Assembly (NCBI RefSeq): GCF_036321535.1
Contig: NC_087436.1
Span: forward strand, 9,920,001-9,984,000
Direction: 5' to 3'
Length of the DNA stretch: 64,000 nt
Source: Camelus dromedarius
Taxonomy: Eukaryota
This document shows, piece after piece, positions 24,781-38,090 of the stretch. The position numbers and the translations under genes were made by a program. The notes below the pieces were generated by a model. The model ran no database searches. It was not told the origin of the DNA and saw only the letters and a list, made by a program, of their open reading frames with translations. How positions within the stretch are numbered: position 1 is the first letter of the stretch; each line of letters starts with the position of its first letter.

Positions 24781-25199
24781 AAGACGGGCTTTTAACTACA
24801 GTGGACCCTGGGCATCCATGGAGAACTTCATTTCACTTTGTAAAGCCCCTCGAGGTCCAAGACATGTCCAAGACATGTCCAAGACAGCTCCATACTGTTA
24901 CTAAGATCTTTTTTTGAATTAAGCCAGTGGTTCCCAAACTTGCCTGCACATTTGAACCCCTTGGGGATCTTCTAAAAATTCTAAATAGGTAGCAGTGTGT
25001 TTTAAAGCTCGTCAGATGATATGTAAACAAGTTTGAGAACCACTGAACTCTAAGGTCTGTGAAAGGGCTTTGAATATTTTCCTCTAAATATTTGGATTGT
25101 TTACAGAGCCAAGTGACCCAGGCTTCTTCTGTTCTTGACCTTGTGATGTACTAGTTCACTTTAAAAGTCTGAAAAGATCACCTAAAAAAAAAAAAAAAA
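24781..25199 (+). pseudogene. Poly(A)-tailed retroposed insert of unknown origin (3' UTR retrocopy or orphan 3' transduction)
   Basis: Ends in A16 (25184-25199). Flanked by aagtcagtaaaca (24768-24780) and aagtaagtaaaca (25198-25210). Most of it does not resemble a transposable element. Confidence 0.7.
24925..25045. mobile_element. MER5A-like miniature hAT element inside the retroposed insert
   Basis: Terminal inverted repeats cagtggttcccaaactt and aagtttgagaaccactg. Confidence 0.8.
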
Positions 25200-26929
25200 G
25201 TAAGTAAACAGACCTAAAAATCTCCCTCCACAAAAATAAATAAAATTAAATTAAAGTTTAAAAAAATGAAAAAATATCTCATAGAGACCACCTTTTGCAC
25301 ATTTTCAGATGCGATAGCTCAGATTCTTAAAAGTTAAGTCACTCGCCCGAGGTTACACAGATGGTAAGTGGGAGAACTGGGACTCAAGCCCAACCTAAGA
25401 GCTGAGAACCTACTCTCTTAACTGCTTACTACTCTTTAAATCAGTATGTTTGCAAAATCATAGAAACGGAAGACGTGCTAGAAAGACTTCAGTACGATTC
25501 ATCACTGAAATGAGGAACCTGGGCCTCGGAGATGGTCGGAGGCACCGAGAGGGTCTGACCCAGGAGAAGGAGCCGGGTCTCCCACCTCTGCATACACACT
25601 AGAGCCTCGGTCTGCCTAGAGAGGGCTCTCCTGTCCTCAGAGATGCTCCTGGGGTTGTCTGAGCATGTTCGAGAGAGCAGACGAAAGACTATTGGTTGAG
25701 AAAAGATTTTTCAGTGGTTTAGGTATTTTATGTAAACTCATAAGATACATCAGACCTGGCATGCAGGAATTTCATGTCATCTGCAGCATCTGAAGAAAGG
25801 AGTCGATAAAGCAGAAAGGAGCAAAGAGTGGAAATGAACAGACGCAGAGCTGGTTTGGAGTATTCGCCATTATCTCGAAACATGAGAAGGTATGGCCATT
25901 GGATTTTTCATCCTCAATCCACCACGTACTTACTAGGACTTTATCTATATGAGAAAAAAAAAAAGAGAGAAGGTACTGAAGCCTTTAATTCTTTCTTAAA
26001 TTTTTGTCTGTCTGCAGTTTGGGGGATGTCCATCATGCCTTAGTAACCCTGATCTCCTGCTGGATGTGTCATAACACTATGAGGGTCTCTCCCGAGAGTA
26101 GCTCAGGAACATTCACATGGTGTAATTTCTTCCCCACGGCCCTCCTGGGAGACATGCAGTGGAGATTCAGTTGTCTCCTTTTGCTGAAGCTTAAAGTAAA
26201 GCTCAGAGAGGGTGGAAGAGGATGGTTTCATGGTCTCTCGGAAGATAGTTTCCTTGACCACACCTCTGTTTCCTTCTCCCAAGTGTCATGGCGTATGGTC
26301 CAGGAATGCACTGCAGTTTACATCTGTGTCTGTCCCTGGATCTCACTTTATAATGTTTGTTTCCATCCTATTGGCGATGAAGATAGAAAAATAGTAGTGA
26401 TGAGAGTCACTCCCTCTAAAAGTGGAGTTGGAACACACAGTTACTGCAGATCTTGTCACAACAGGGGCTAAGCAACGTTTGTATTTACCCACAGACTCAA
26501 AGGCAAACTCGGAGGCAAGAGGTCATTTAATGCCTATGGACGTATGCACCAGCCCAGAGATAAAAGTTAACAGCAAAGTTTTCAATTACAGGTTTATTAG
26601 GTAGGTATACATCATAAACTAGACTTAACTCAAACCTAATGCACACTCAGACCTCTGAGCAGCAAGTTATAAGGCCAAGGAAAGAAGATATAGGTGTGAA
26701 TGACATCCATCTAGCCAATCAGACAAATCCCGCAACGCAATGTCAGAGGATCCAGTTTCAGAGCACTCTGCATGTTCTTCCAGAGATATGAATAGTTTGG
26801 GTAGCAATGCCTTCATCTCCTGGTTGTTCACATGTATAGGTGAATGACTGCTCTCTGACATAGCAATTATACGCAAGATGGTTCAGTTTGACATATTAAT
26901 TAGTCAGATAATTTTTGATTGGGCATTTG

Positions 26930-27410
26930 CATTATTTAGGGTACACGCTACATTGCTTTAATAAGGACACCCCCAAATACTTAGAGCTCTTGATTATGCT
27001 CACAGAGACTGTGGGTCGGGAATTGGGAATGGACAGATCAGAGATGGCTCATTTTGTTCAAAGATGTTTGGGGTCCCAGCTGGGAAGCTGTGAAGATTCC
27101 GGGGTTGGTTCCAATAAATGACATGTCTGTTGTTGGTCTGTACCTGGGCTGGGAGGACTCAAAAGCTGGGTTCAGCTGGGCTGCTAACCAGGCACTGCAC
27201 ATGGCCTCTCCACAGGGCTTGAGCACGGCAGGCTGACACTGAGCTTTCAGGGAGAACCAGATGGACCTCACATGGCCTCTTCTTGCCAAGCCATGGAGGG
27301 CACATGGTGTCACTCTGTCACATTTCCTTGGTCGATGAGGTCAAAAGCTCTTCAGTGGGAGGGAACATAGACTCCACCTTTTTATGCATGCTTTAAAAAC
27401 TGTCACAAGG
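26930..27410 (-). mobile_element. MaLR (MLT1-type) LTR
   Basis: attatgctcacag...tgtgggtcgggaattggg...ggcctctccacagggcttg...gggaacatagactccacct. Confidence 0.7.
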
Positions 27411-27512
27411 TACTTAAATAAACACTCTAAAGGTAAACATTCGAGGGCCGGGGAAGTCTCTTCTCTTTCCAACCAATGGTTTCCAAGATCTCTCCAATTG
27501 TCACCATTTTCT

Positions 27513-30500
27513 TTATTTTATTTTATTTTATTGAAGCAGAGTTGATTTGCATTATAGTAGTTTCAGGTGTACAACATAGTGATTCAGTATTTTTATAGAT
27601 TGTACTCCATTTAAAGTTATTATAAGGTATTGCGTCTGTCCCCAGTGCTACACCGTACATCCTTCTTGCTTATTTATTTTACATCTAGTAGTCTGTACCT
27701 CTTAATCCTGTACTCTTATCTTGCCCCTTCCCTCTGCCCTCACTTCACTGGTATCCATGAGTTTGTTCTTTGTGAGTCTGTTTCTGTTTTGTTATAATCA
27801 TTTGTTTTAATTTTTTAGATTACACATTTGAGGGATTACATAGAGTACTTGACTTTCTCTGTCTGACTTACTTCAGTAGGCATAATACCCCTCAGGCCCA
27901 TCCATGTTATTGCAAAATTTCATTTTTTATGACAGGATAGTGTGCAATTGTGTGTGTATCTACCACATCTTCTTTATCCATTCACCTGTTGATGGGCACT
28001 TGGGTTGTTTCCATATCTTGGCTATTGTAAATTATGCTGCTCTGAACATTGGGGTGCATGTCTCTTTTTGAATTAATGTTCTAGTTTCTTTGGGATAGAT
28101 ACTCAGTAGTGGAATTGCTGGATTGGGAAGTAGTTCTATTTTTAATTTTTTGAAGAATCAATACTGATTTCCACAGGGACTATACCAATTTACATTCCCT
28201 CCCACAATGTGCCAGGATTCCCTTTTCTCTAGGTCCTCATCAACATTTGTCAACTGTAGACTTTTTGAAGGTAGACATTCTGATAGGTGTGAGGTGATAC
28301 CTCATTGTGGTTTTGATTTGCATTTCCTTGCTGATTAGTGATGTTGAGCATCTTTTCATGTGCCTGTGACCATCTGTATGTCTTCTTTGGAAAAATTTCT
28401 ATTTGCATCTTCTGCCCATTTTTTAATCAGGTTGTTATTTTTTTATATTGAGTTGTGTGAGCTCTTTATGAATTTTGGATATTAACCCCTTATAAAACAT
28501 ATCTTCCCCCACACAGTAGGATGTCTTTTCATTTTGTTGATGGTTTTCTTTGCTGTGCACAAGTTTTTAAGCTTGATTAGGCCCCATTTCTTTATTTTTG
28601 CTTTTGGTTCCCTTGCCTGAGGAGACAGATCCAAAAAAAGTACTGCTAAGACTTATGTCAAGGAGTGTTTATGTTTGCTTCTAGAACATTTATGATTTCT
28701 GACCTTACATTTAGGCTTTTAATCCATTTTGAGTTTATTTATGTATATGCTGTGAGAAAATGTTCTAATTTTGTTCTTTTACATGTACCTGTTCAGTTTT
28801 CCCAGTATCACCTATTAAAGATATTTTTTCTCTATTGTATATTTTTGCCTCCTTTGTCCCAGACTGATTAACCATATAAGCGTGAGTTTATTTCTGGGCT
28901 CTCTATTCTGTTCCATTGATACTTGTGTCTATTTTTGTGTCAGTATCACACTGTTTTGATTATCATAGCTTTGTAGTATAGTCTGAAGTCAGGGAACATG
29001 ATTTCTCTAGCTTTCTTCTTTTTTCCTCAAAATTGCATTAGCAGTTCAGGGTCTTTTGTGGCTCCATATAAATTTTAGGTTTATTTGTTCTAGTTCCATG
29101 AAAAAATGTCATCGGTATTCTCATACAGATTACATTAAATCTGTGGATTGCTTTGGGTAGTATGAACATTTCAACAATATTAATTCTTCCAATCCATGAA
29201 CATGGGCTATCTTTCCATCTATTTGCATTGTCTTCAAGTTCCTTTATCAAAATCTAATAGTTTTCAGAGTATAGGTCTCTCACCTCCTTGGTTAAATTAT
29301 TCTAGATGTTTATTTCTAGAAGTTTATTTCTTTTTCATCTAATTGCAAATGGGATTATTTTCTTGCTTTCTTTTTCTGCTAGTTCATTATTAGTGTTTAG
29401 AAAAGCAACACATTTCTGTACGTTAGTCTTGTATCCTTCAACTTTACTGAATTCATTTATTAATTTCTCATAGATTTTGGTGGAGACTTTAGGGTTTTCT
29501 ATATAGTATTATGTCATTTGTAAATAGTGAATTTTACTTCTTCCCTTCAATTTGGATGCCTTTTATTCCTTTTTTGTGCCTGATTGCTGTGGCTAGGACT
29601 TCCAATACCATGTTAACTAGAAATAGCAAGAGTGAGCATCCTTGTCTTTTTCCTGATTTCATAAAATTTCACCATTGAGTATGATATTAGCTGTGGGTTG
29701 GTTAAAAAAGGCCTTTATTAAATAGTTGAGATATGTTCCCTCTATACAAAATTTGGTGAGAGTTTTTATCATGATTGGGTGTTGAATTTTGTCACATGCT
29801 TTTTCAGCAGTTGTTGAGATAATTGTGATTTTTTTTAATCCTTCCTTTTGTTAATGTGGTTATTGCATTGATTTATTTGTGGATATTGAACCATTTTGCA
29901 TCCCTGTAATAAATCTCACTTAATTTGGTGTATGATACTTTTTAGATGATACTTTTTTATGATACTTTTTATGAATTGTTGAATTCATTTGCTAATATTT
30001 TGTTGAGTTTTTTGTATCTATATATATCAGATATATTAGCCTGTAATTTTCTTTTTTTCTTTTTTCTTTCTTTCTTTCTTCCTTTCTTTCTTCTTTCTTT
30101 TGTATTGTGTGTCAGATTTTGGTATCAGGGTAATTGTGGCCACATAGAATGAGTTTGGGAGTGTTCCCTCCTCTTCAATTTTTTGGAATAGTCTGAGAAG
30201 AATAGGTATTAACTCTTCTTTATATATTTTGTAGAATTTCCCTGTAAAGCTATCTGGTCCTGGACTTTTGTTTGCTGGGGTTTTTTTTATTACAAATTCA
30301 ATTTCTCTACTGGTGATCTGTCTTTTCAGTTAGTCTGTTTCCTTCCAATTCAGTCTTGGAATGTTGTATGTTTCTAGAGATGTATTCATTTCTTTCTGGA
30401 TGTCAAATTTATAACTATTTGTAATATTCTTTTATGATTGTATTTCTGTAATATCTCCTCTTTTATTTCTTTGTTTGTTTGTTTAGGTATTCACTCTTTT

Positions 30501-33500
30501 TTTATTAAAGAGTCTGGCTAAAGATTTTTCAATTTTGTTTATCTTTTCAAAAATAGTTCTTTGTTTCATTGATCTTTTCTTTTGTTTCATTTTGTCTCTA
30601 TGTTATTTATTTCTGCTATGTTTTTATTATTTCCTTACCTTTGCTGACTTTGGGCTTTGTTTGTTCTTCTTTGTCTAATTGCTTTAGATAGTTGGTCAGG
30701 TTGTTTATTTGAGATCTTTTTTGTTTCTTGAGGTAGCCCTGTATTGCTATGAACTTCCCTCTTAGAACTGCTTTTGCTGCATCCTATAGAATTTGGAAAT
30801 TTGTGTTTTTATTTTCATTTGTCTCAAGGCATTTTCTGATTTCCTCTTTGATTTCTTCATTGACTGATTTTTTTTTTTAATGTGTGCTGTTTAGTCTCCA
30901 AGTATTTGCGGTTTTTCCATTTTCCTTCCTGTAGCTGATTTGTAGTTTAATACCTTTGTGTTTGGAAAAGAGGCTTGATGTAATTTCTGTACTCTTAAAT
31001 TTGTTGAGACTCATTTTGTGGCCCAGGATGTAACCTATTCTGGAGAATTTTCCATGTGCACTTCTCAAGAATGTGTATTCTACTGTTTTTGGATGGAATG
31101 ATCTGTAGCTATCTATTAAGTACAACTAATCTAATGTGTCATTTAAGATCACTGTTTTCTTTAGATTTTCTGTCTGGATGATCTGTTCATCGTTGTAGAT
31201 GAGGTGTTTAAGTCTCCTACTATTATTGCATTATTGCCAACTTCTCCCTTTATGTCTATTAATATTTGTTTTCTATGTTTAGGTGCTCTGTACTAGGTAC
31301 ATGTATGGTCACAAATGTTACATAATTTTCTTCTGTTAATACCTTTATCATTATATAATGACCTTGCATGCCTTTAATTATAGACTTTGATTTAAAGTCT
31401 ACTTTTTCTGATAGGAGTATTGTTGTCCCAGCTTTCTTTTCATTTCCTTTGCATGGAACATCTTTTCTTCATCCTCTCGCTTTCAGTCTGTGTGTGTCTT
31501 TAGCTTTGAAGTGAGTCTTTTGTAGGCAGCATATAGATGGGGGTCTTTTTAATCTAATCAACCACCCTATGTCTTTTGATTGGAGCATTTAATCTATTGA
31601 CACTTAGAGTGATTGATAAGTATGAACTTATTGCCATTTTGTTACTTGTTTTCTGGTTGTTTTTGTAACTCTTCTTTGTTTTTGATTTTGTTTTTGTTTT
31701 CTTCTTTCCTTTGTGGTTTGATGATTTTTTTTAATGGTATACTTGTATTCCCTTCTCTCTAGTTTTTGTGTGTCTATTGTAAGTTTTTGGCTTATAGTTA
31801 CCATGGGATTCATATATGTTGACCTGTAACTATATCTACTTGTTTTAAACTGAATACTCGTTTAAGTTCACATTCTAAAAGTCTTACACTCCCCTCTCCC
31901 ATGTTTTGAGTGCTTGATCTCATATTTTATATCTTCATATCTATCCCTTATTTATTCTATTTATACTTGATTTTATAGTTTTTGTCTTTTAATCTTCATA
32001 CTAGTTTATTTGAGTGGTTGATCCATTGCCTTTACTATATATTTGCCTTTACCAGTGGGATTTTCCCCTTCTTCTAGTTTCTTATTTGTCATAGCCATTT
32101 CTTTTTTACTTAAAGAAAACCCTTTAACCCTTCTTATAAGGTCAGTTTAGTATTGATAAACCCTTTTAGTTTTTGCTTCTCTGAGAAACTATTAATCTCT
32201 TCTTCAATTCTGAATGATAACCTTGCTGGGTAGAGTATACCCTGTGCCAGGTTATAGATTTTTTCCTTTTAGCTTATTAAATATATGATGACACTCCCAT
32301 CTGACCTACAAAATATCTGCAAAAAAATTAGCTGATAGCCTTATGAGGGTTCATTTTTATATGACTGTTTGCTTTTCTCTTACTGTCTTTAAAATTCTTT
32401 CCCTATCTTTAACTTTTGTTATTTTAATTATGATTTGGATCTGTTTGGGTTCATCTTGTTGGAACCCTCTGTGCTTCCTTTACCTGGAAATCTGTTTCCT
32501 TCTTTGGTTTGGGTAGTTTTCAGCCATAATTTCACCAAATACAATTTCTATCCTTTCTCTTTCTCTTCTTCTTCTGGAACCACTAAAATGTGAATGTTAG
32601 TATGTTTGATGTCATCACAGAGGTTCCTTAAACTATCCTCATTTTTTACAATTTGTTTTTTGTTTTGTTTTGTTTTGTTTTGTTTTGTTTTGTTTTGCTG
32701 TTCTGATTGGGTGATTTCCATTATTCTATCTTCCAGATCGCTTGTGTGTCCTTTCTGTATCAACTAATCTACTATTAATTCCTTCTAGTGGATTTTTCAC
32801 TTCAGTTACTGTATTCTTCAGATCTGACTGATTCCTTTTTGTATATTCTAGTTCTGTTTAAATTCTTACTATGTTCATTTATTTTTTTCCCAAGTTTAAT
32901 TAGCATTCTTATTACTAATACTTTGAACTCTTTACCAGGTCAATTATTTATCTTTGTTTCATTAAGTTTTTTTCCCAGGATTTTTTTCTTGTTTTTGTTT
33001 GTTTGTTTGTTTGTTCCAAATATATTCCTCTGTCTTCTCATGTTGTATATTTCTCTGTCTCTATAAATTGAGATGAACCAGTTACTTACCTTGGTCTTAA
33101 AAGGCATGTCCTATGTTGAAGCGTCCCTATGCAGTCTGTGAGTGCTTCGGTGGGAGAGGTGGATCTGAAGTCAGGATGGGCTGTGCTGGGGTGTGCTGGC
33201 AGCCACCAACTTGGTGGGGGGTGGTGCTGGAGATGGAGGGGTGAGAGCCAGAGCCAAGTGTGGGCCAGGACTTCTCTTGTACTCAGTGACAATTACTGCC
33301 TTTTGGGGGTGGGGCAGGGCACAAGGGGCTGGAGCAGATGCCCTGGGGGGAGCTGGGTTCCTAAAGATGTGAAGTCAGTCTCTGCCTTGGTTAGGCATTT
33401 GACCAGGGTCTGAGGGCTTGGGGCTGCGTTTCAGTGCTGTTTTTACTTTTTCCTTTGTGTCTGTGCCTTGGTTAGAGGCTTGCTTGGCTGGGGCTAGGGG

Positions 33501-34209
33501 AGTTGAAGCCATGTTATTGAACTAGTTTCGCTCCCTCCCAAGTATGTGCATACACTGGTAATGGTTGCCTCCACCCTGGTTAGAGGCAGGGCTGGGATCT
33601 GAGCTGGCTCTGTTTCCTCCAAGTGTGCACACTCTTGTTGGCAACAGCAGCATCTGCCTTAGTGGGGAGCAGCACTAGAGCAAGAGGGGCTGGAGCAGGA
33701 GCCCACTGTGGGCTGGGTGTGTGTGCTGGGATGGTCCTGGCAAGCCAGCCAGAGCACCAGGCAGTTCTCAGTCTGTTTTGTCAGCACTGTTATTGGGAGT
33801 GAGCAAGTGTGTGTACACAGTCTTCACAAGTGGAGTCTGTTTCCTATAGCTTTCTGGTAAACCCTACTGGTTTTCACACCAGCTAAAAAAGCTCATCTTC
33901 CTGGCTTTGCAACCAAGGGCTGGGGTGCCATGATGTGGCTCGAACCCCTCACTCCCCACATCCCGGAGACTACGCTATCCCCCTCCTCTCTGTCCCATGC
34001 CAGAGGTGTGGGTCCTGACCAAACCGCTGCTCTTCCTCTTTTTCTAGACTCTGTGTGGATCTTTCTTTACAGACTTGGTTTTAGAAGAGCTGTCCTGCTA
34101 GTCCCCAGGCCGATTTCAGAGAGACTTATTCCATAGGTAGTTGTCGTTGGATGTGTTTGTGAGGGGAGGGGAGGTCAGCGTCCTCCTACTCTGCCACCTT
34201 GATCCCACC
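27513..34209 (-). mobile_element. Near full-length, inactive L1 (about 6.7 kb)
   Basis: TSD ccaattgtcaccattttct (27494-27512) and ccaactgtccccattttct (34210-34228). The 5' UTR start, an ORF1 fragment (SDLEDRIMEITQSEQ, 32548-32763), an endonuclease fragment (YRSFHPKTVEYTF...SAHGKFSRI, 30877-31125) and an ORF2 fragment ([16 protein letters not shown], 29038-29250) occur in the expected order. Many stops and frameshifts. Confidence 0.95.
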
Positions 34210-34399
34210 CCAACTGTCCCCATTTTCTAAGCTACAGAGAGGGAAGCAGGTAGAGTGAGCATCTGTGAAGAGATGACCCAGAAAGGGCAAGACTCAGATT
34301 CTTCCCCACCTCATCGGTTGAACGTAGTCAAATGGCTTCACATAACAGAACCAGGAGAAGAGTGTGTAGTTTGCAGCTGTGAAGGGATACGTGTACCCA

Positions 34400-34849
34400 G
34401 GCAAGCTTGTGGGACCCTATTACTACACATGAGAAAGAGAGAAGGCTACTGGGAGACTGGCCTCAGTCTGACCCTCCGTACATCCCCTCTCCCCCAAATT
34501 CCACACACACTCTTCTTTCTACTGATACAACTCTCACTCTCCCTGAAAAAGACAACTCAAAATCTCAACCTGTTTCTTCATGCAGCACAAAGTTAGGATT
34601 TCTGGGTGATATTCTGTCTTCTCCATCAGATCTGGCCACTCCCCATCCCCACCCACCCCTGGTCCAGCAGACATCAAACAGGAACCAAGCAAAATATGCA
34701 GGCACAGAACCCCCACCCCCACCCCCGCTGGCTCTGATCAGCCCACCTCTGCCGGTTCCATGCTCCAGAAACAAATTATCTTTCATTTTACTCCATTGTA
34801 TTTTTCCTGTTTCTGCCACAGCAGCTTAGCTGTTACTGACACTCATACA
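34400..34849 (+). mobile_element. Possible degraded ERVL/MaLR LTR
   Basis: 3' terminus resembles an old LTR end (ctgtttctgccacagcagcttagctgttactgacactcataca). Left boundary is uncertain. Confidence 0.35.
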
Positions 34850-36879
34850 GGATCTGTTACAAAATCACTTGAATTTTCTGTATTTATTTCAGTTTCATAC
34901 TTAAAGATGACTCCTCAAACAACAAGACTATGCCTTTTAGCAAATTAGGATTCAGTGAAGTCTAGTGTATTTTGCTTATTCTCAGCTCTCTTGTTCAATG
35001 ATCCCAACAGGCTCTATAATACAAGGCACAAAGAGAGGAACAGATGGCCTGGAAAGAGAATCAAAGCAAATCTGCCTCTCATGGTCCCTGTTATTGCCAC
35101 TTCTTTTGCTTTTTAAATGAGAAAAATCATTATAGTTAGTTTCTGAAAATTTCCCTTCAGACTCAGTGAAACCCAGGGATGTTCTGAGATACGGATTCGC
35201 TGGAAATCCCCTCATCCTTGCTCAGTCCTTGTCCGATCCACGGGTGATGCCACCTGACTATTGCATGTGGAACAACTAGGGCTGTGTATTCCTCCATAGA
35301 CTTATGCATCTCTTGCTCAACCTTTGACTCTTGAGGGACAGTTCAGACAAGGGCAAAATGTGGCAAGTGGTGAAATAAATTTCCAGACCCAAGATGCAGC
35401 CACTCCTGCCCTGGGTGCTGCATCAGCAACCTGAACTTGGATGGCTTTCACGTCCCTGTAGCTGCCCTATTTGGTCAGAAATGCAGTGCATCCCAACAGC
35501 CAGCCCCCAGACCCAAGCCAGCTCAGGTGCTCTGCTTACTTCCTTGTTTCTTATTCGTCCTATAAAAGCTCCTGCCTCCTGCCACTGCTGTGCTCTGGAT
35601 GCCTGGGGATGGAGACTGTCTCCCTCATGGAGTGTCAAGTAAAGTTTGTGTCACCTAGATTGTCTCCCTGAATCTTTTTAAACACAAGTTGTGCTTATTT
35701 TTTGGAAGGGTTCATGCTTCTCATTTCTTTTGAAGTCCTCCAATGTTTATTTTAAAATTCTAAGATCAAAATGATACAATAACACCTCTGTTCATCAGGT
35801 TGCCTGGGTAGGAAATACCCCTGTTAACTAGAATTTGATAAAATAAAACATTATTTTGATTTCAAAAACTGTCACTGAAAAAATATGTAGACATTTATTA
35901 GTGAATTGGCACTTCTGTACAGAATCTAGGTCCCATGACCTTCACATTAAACCTGCCTGGAGCAGAGGTGGGAAGGATGGGGTTGGGAGTCTGTTCAGAT
36001 TCTAATTAGAAAGCACCAATGTTCCTCACTAAGGAGAGAGGCAAGTTCTCAGAATGCCCTTTAGTTGGGTGTCCACCTGAGTCCTACATCAAGGAAAAAT
36101 AGAACAAAAAGCAAAAAAAAAAAAAAAAAAATCTGAGAAATGTCAAACACACACGTTTGAGTTTCAAATATGAGATGGGGCCACCAGCACAGACATCGGT
36201 ACCCTTTACCCGGGCAATTGCAGCTGCTACCTGGACATCAGTGGACTTCAGCGTCAACAAGGGCTGCCTGAAGATTCCTAGGGGCCCTGAGATGCAAAAG
36301 ATTATGACAATTCTCTCACATAGATATGAAATAACAATAATTCCAAACTGTTAAATAAATGCAAGAACATTTAAATAAATTATAATTTTGCTATAAAACT
36401 AAATTAATGATTTTTTTTTGAAAAGCAAATAAATGATTTACAGAAGTTTTCCTGATGCCTATATTTTGTTAGTGCTCTAAGCATGTGCTTATCCTGTCCA
36501 TTGGGTAATCCAGGCCGGGTTTAAGAGCAATCTCTTTGGAGGGGAGAGGGCTGGACATTAGCACTCTGGGCACAGACATCACCTTGCTCAACACAAAAAC
36601 CCGTAGGACACAGAAGGCATCAGCGGAGACAGAGGCGCAGCCCGGGCCAGCTGGAGCAGGAGGGGAGAAGCCTGGCAGGCAGTTCAGGTGGTCAAGAGTA
36701 CTGGTTTATCCAGCACACTTGGGAACCAACCTGCCTGAGGTCTCCCAGAACTATTCGGGAAGAATTTGTGAAGAGTCTAGAGTTTCTGCAGAGCAGTTTA
36801 GAGAAGAGAGGAAAATGGGTTTGTAATAACTGTGATTCTATTTTTACTTTCAGGTTGATGTGATCTGGGTTGCATTTAT

Positions 36880-36890
36880 ATATCTATCTG

Positions 36891-36930
<40 letters not shown>

Positions 36931-36942
36931 CCTATCTATCTA
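36880..36942 (+). repeat. (TCTA)n / GATA tetranucleotide microsatellite
   Basis: Directly visible. Confidence 0.97.
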
Positions 36943-37259
36943 ATCACACACATATATATTATGTGTATGTGATAGAAGTTAAAGTATATTACAATAATTG
37001 CATCTTGGTGATACAATGTCTTGAGGTACCATTATGAGAAATCATTGAGCATTGCTTGTGTTATAAATTAGCACAGATGTATAAAAAGAATATGGAGACA
37101 ATTGGATTTAATGTGCAAAGTGCCATAACACACCCTGAATGTTATTTTCTGCTACATTTAATCTTCTGTCATTTCACTTTTGCTTTTATGGTTCAGGGCC
37201 ACCAACGATATTTCTGTTTATGGTTAATCACAATTTTAGGGCATGTAGTAAAATTTCAG

Positions 37260-38090
37260 TTCAACTCAGCAAACATGTATTGAGCACTTGCAATGTGTCT
37301 GGCATGGCTCAAGTTGCCAGGATGCAAATGATTAGAGACAGTGTGATTAAATTCCACCACATATAAACAAAGAAAACAGAAGTGCATCAATAAAGTAGCA
37401 GCCCGAGGGAAGAATACTTAATTTAGTTGGGGGATGTGGAGTTTTGATGAGAAAACATTGCTAAAAGGAGGTAGTGATTGATCTGTTCCAGGGGAAAGAC
37501 TAGAAGACACCAAGCAATGAAGTGGGGGTTGGGAACAACAGGATTGTAACCAACTCACAGAATGTTTGGTCTGATGGGAGACAGTGGGCTTTGGTGTAAT
37601 TGAAGCAGAAGCTGTAATGGATGGACATCTGGGGGCGATGAGCCCAGAAGGGGAGCAAGGGTTTCAACTTAACCCTGAAGGTATGAGGAGCTGCTTGGAC
37701 GTGAAGGGAGGGAACAGCGTGAGAGGATTTGTGTTAGGAACTTCACCTGGTGGCTGATTGGAAGGCCCTGGAAATGACAACTAAGACACGACCAGAGAAG
37801 ACATGACAGGGTTTCAAGTAAGGCTTTGGCACTGAGGCCAAAAGAGAGCAGAGTGTCTTTGGGAAGTAATGGAGGAAGGAAATTGAGATGATTCTCACTT
37901 TTTCTAGTAATTGGTGGAGCCACTCACTGAGACAAGGAAACCTAAAAGAAAAAGCAGATTTGGGCTTGTGTTCAAGGTGGAGGCAGATGGTAGCAGTCAT
38001 GGAAGGCAGATTTGCAACGTTTGTGAGAGGCTCCTGTGGATGTGTTGATGAGCCCCTTACAAAGGGGGTCTAAAGAAGTTCAGGATGGAG
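37260..38090 (-). mobile_element. L2 relic
   Basis: ttcaactcagcaaacatgtattgagcacttgcaatgtgtctggca start, followed by degraded L2-like body. Confidence 0.55.

Larger units (their letters stand above)
24670..25272 (+). mobile_element. vic-1-like SINE split by an internal insertion; itself inserted in a MIR
   Basis: Head at 24670-24760. The tail motif (acctaa..tctccctccacaaaaataaa) resumes at about 25211 and matches the tails of the other copies. Confidence 0.85.

Noticed and set aside
26004..26471. 155-aa ORF in non-repeat DNA
   Set aside because: Non-ATG start, no recognisable domain and no convincing splice boundaries; consistent with chance.
29038..32763. ORFs resembling reverse transcriptase, endonuclease and ORF1 proteins
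   Set aside because: Short fragments of a disrupted L1, not functional genes or a novel RT system.
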